From positions 2,232,001 through 2,296,000 of the forward strand of contig OZ176050.1 in assembly GCA_964247055.1 (NCBI GenBank): a DNA stretch of 64,000 nucleotides, read 5' to 3'. Source of the stretch: Paragordius varius (taxonomy: Eukaryota; Animalia; Nematomorpha). A program made the translations under genes and the position numbers. Under the pieces are notes generated by a model that was given only the letters and a program-made list of their open reading frames with translations, searched no databases and was not told the DNA's origin. Shown piece by piece: positions 61,739 to 64,000 of this stretch; the first letter of the stretch is position 1, and every line of letters begins with the position of its first letter.

Positions 61739-64000
61739 TGATAGATTTGAATACATCAGTTTAGCTAACCTTAGACTAGACAAATTTATATATTAGATTT
61801 GAATACATTTTTGATGCCCTATAATTGAGTTAAAATATTGTATCAATTTTGTATTTAATCTGCGCACAACCTTGGTTTAACTTGTAAATATATATTCACT
61901 AAAAGTATATAAACATCGCAAACTTTACGTAATTTAGTTTTTGTATTTTATTTCAATAAATATTATTGTTTTACGGTTTCTCGATTTAACACATTTGGCG
62001 CGATCTATTTTTTTACCTCATTACATTCGCGCATGGAGAAATTAGGTCTGGAAGCATATGATCCCGCAACTAGCTTTGATGATTATATAAATAGAATGTT
62101 AAAAGTGAAATTAATTCAAGGAGATGACGAAACAAAAAAATGTTATTGGCCTATATCGGTTTATCCCATCTTCCAAAGTTGAAGAAATTTTTTATCCCGT
62201 ACTGTTAGAAGAAGTGGCCTGGGATGGGTAGCAGCTGGAAAAAAAGTATTTGTTCTGACATACAATGTGTTTGCAGCCAGGTTCCAGTTTACGCAACTCC
62301 GAAGGGAACCCACGGAATCAGTGATGGATTATTTGATTCGGGTAAAGGAATGTGGTGCCCAGTGTAACTTTGGGCAAGATGCAATCCTAGAATCAGAGAT
62401 AGGTTTGTTGGAGGATTACAACTCAAGAAATAGATTCGTTCACAAAATTTCCAGATGCAATGTGGGACCATAACGTTGGAGATGGTGGTAAAAATGGCAA
62501 TGGCGTACGAAAAACAGTTGTTTGATTGATCAGAATCCCGGCAATATGCAGGTTGTGATGATAAGAAAAAAGTGTGGAAAATGTGGATACGTGCATGCGA
62601 TCAACTGGTGTCCCGCTTCAAACAAAGAGTGTTATTGATGCAAAGGACGAGGTCATTTTGGCAGGTGCCGGCGAATTAATATAGTGAATGGTAACAATAA
62701 TAATAATGAAGCCCGACAAGCAAGTCTAAATGGCCATTGGGTGAGGATGTTGTAAGATACCGGAGCTCAAATATCATAGATTGGGAAAAGCACGTGGCTG
62801 GAGATTGGAAAGAAGATCTTAGCACCCGCGGGTCCTATAGTTGGGTTAAACCATCAAGGTGTAGATGGTAGATGTGAAATGGAACGGTATGGTCAAACAG
62901 TTGGAATGTATGGTTACCAGGGAGGATTGGGGTAACATTTTTGGGTTACCGTGGATGAAAAGCTTTTAACGTAGATTTCCAGAGGCTGTAGTTGTTAAAA
63001 ATGAGTTACGTGGATTTAAATAATTTAAGGATAAGTTTTGTGAGATTGGATGTTCCACTGGACCAAAATCAAGTTGTTGCTCAAAAAGGGAGCCCCAAAA
63101 GATTTTCACCCAGGAGGGTACCTATCCAGCTTCAGTCTAAGGTGGAGAGTGAATTAAAGAGGCTTGAAAGTCTGGGTATCAGAGTCCATATACCCCTCGC
63201 AAACACGAATTAACTGGGTAACTCCGTTGGTGATAGTTAAAAAGAATAATAATGTTCGCATATATGGTTATTTTAGGGTTACTGTTAACCCAATTCTGGT
63301 TCTTGTCGATCATTTTATTCCAACGTTCGATCAATTAGTGTTCAAAATGGGGCAAAGAAAAGTTTTTACGACCCTAGATCTAAAAGAAGCTTACTGGCAA
63401 ATGCCGATACACCAAGATTACCAACATTTACTCGCGTTCAGTTCACATATAGGTCTGATTTAATAGACTGCCATTTGGAATATCTAGTGCACCCACGATA
63501 TTTCAACAAATTATGGATGAGTTATTAAAAGATTGTCCAGGTACAACGGTTTACTTAGATGATGTAATTGTTAGTGGAACAACGGTAATGGACCATAAAG
63601 ATAACTTAGAAAAAGTTTTGAACAAATAAGCTACTGTAGGTTTGGAATTAAAAAAGAATAAAATTCAATTAGCTCGTTCCTCAGTGTCATACTTAGGCTA
63701 TATAATTTCAGACAAAGGAATAAACCTGATAACGAAAAAGTTAAAGCGATTTTGAATTGTCCTACACCTACCAATAAAACATCACTTCGGTCTTTTTGGG
63801 AATGTTAAATTTTCACGCTTGTTTTATTCCATCTTTGCATGCTACGATCGCGGATTTACATACGCTCACAGGTGCTAAGAAACGGTGTTGGTCGACAAAA
63901 GAAGAGATGATTTTTGATAAAGCTAAACTGTTGGTAAGTAATGCATTATATCTAACATCGTTTAACCCAAACCTTCCGTTAGTGTTGGAAACAGATGCAT
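61739..64000 (+). mobile_element. Inverted duplicate of the gypsy element: 5' LTR 61739-61993, PBS, gag, protease, RT, start of RNase H; runs off the window
   Basis: Reverse complement of 50728-52996 at roughly 95-98% identity. Shares inactivating lesions (e.g. YGYFRV for YGDFRV and the same frameshifts) and the same insertion site in the RTE. Confidence 0.95.

Overview
Very AT-rich eukaryotic DNA with the standard genetic code, most likely from a reduced metazoan (inference). Five protein-coding gene models can be assembled by hand. (1) A 15-exon M17 leucyl aminopeptidase, minus strand, 6364-17727. (2) A roughly 1370-aa rhodopsin-like peptide GPCR, plus strand, 12195-16962, nested antisense inside the aminopeptidase's 6.5-kb fifth intron. 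(3) The cohesin regulator PDS5, minus strand, about 26302-36293. (4) A two-exon orphan of about 692 aa, plus strand, 42193-44573, carrying a tandem array of [EV]PIYxNQ and Pro-rich motifs. (5) Ribose-5-phosphate isomerase A, plus strand, 56082-58286. These genes contain at least 18 tiny spliceosomal introns of 21-34 nt, one of them GC-AG, alongside introns of up to 6.5 kb. The rest is mostly mobile-element debris: Mag-clade Ty3/gypsy LTR elements, RTE LINEs, two mariner relics, a hAT MITE, TACCAT-ended foldback/MITE elements with 21-bp subrepeats, and a 61-bp minisatellite. A composite RTE::gypsy block of at least 3.8 kb is duplicated in inverted orientation on either side of rpiA. No rRNA, tRNA or CRISPR array was recognised. 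All identities quoted are by-eye estimates.
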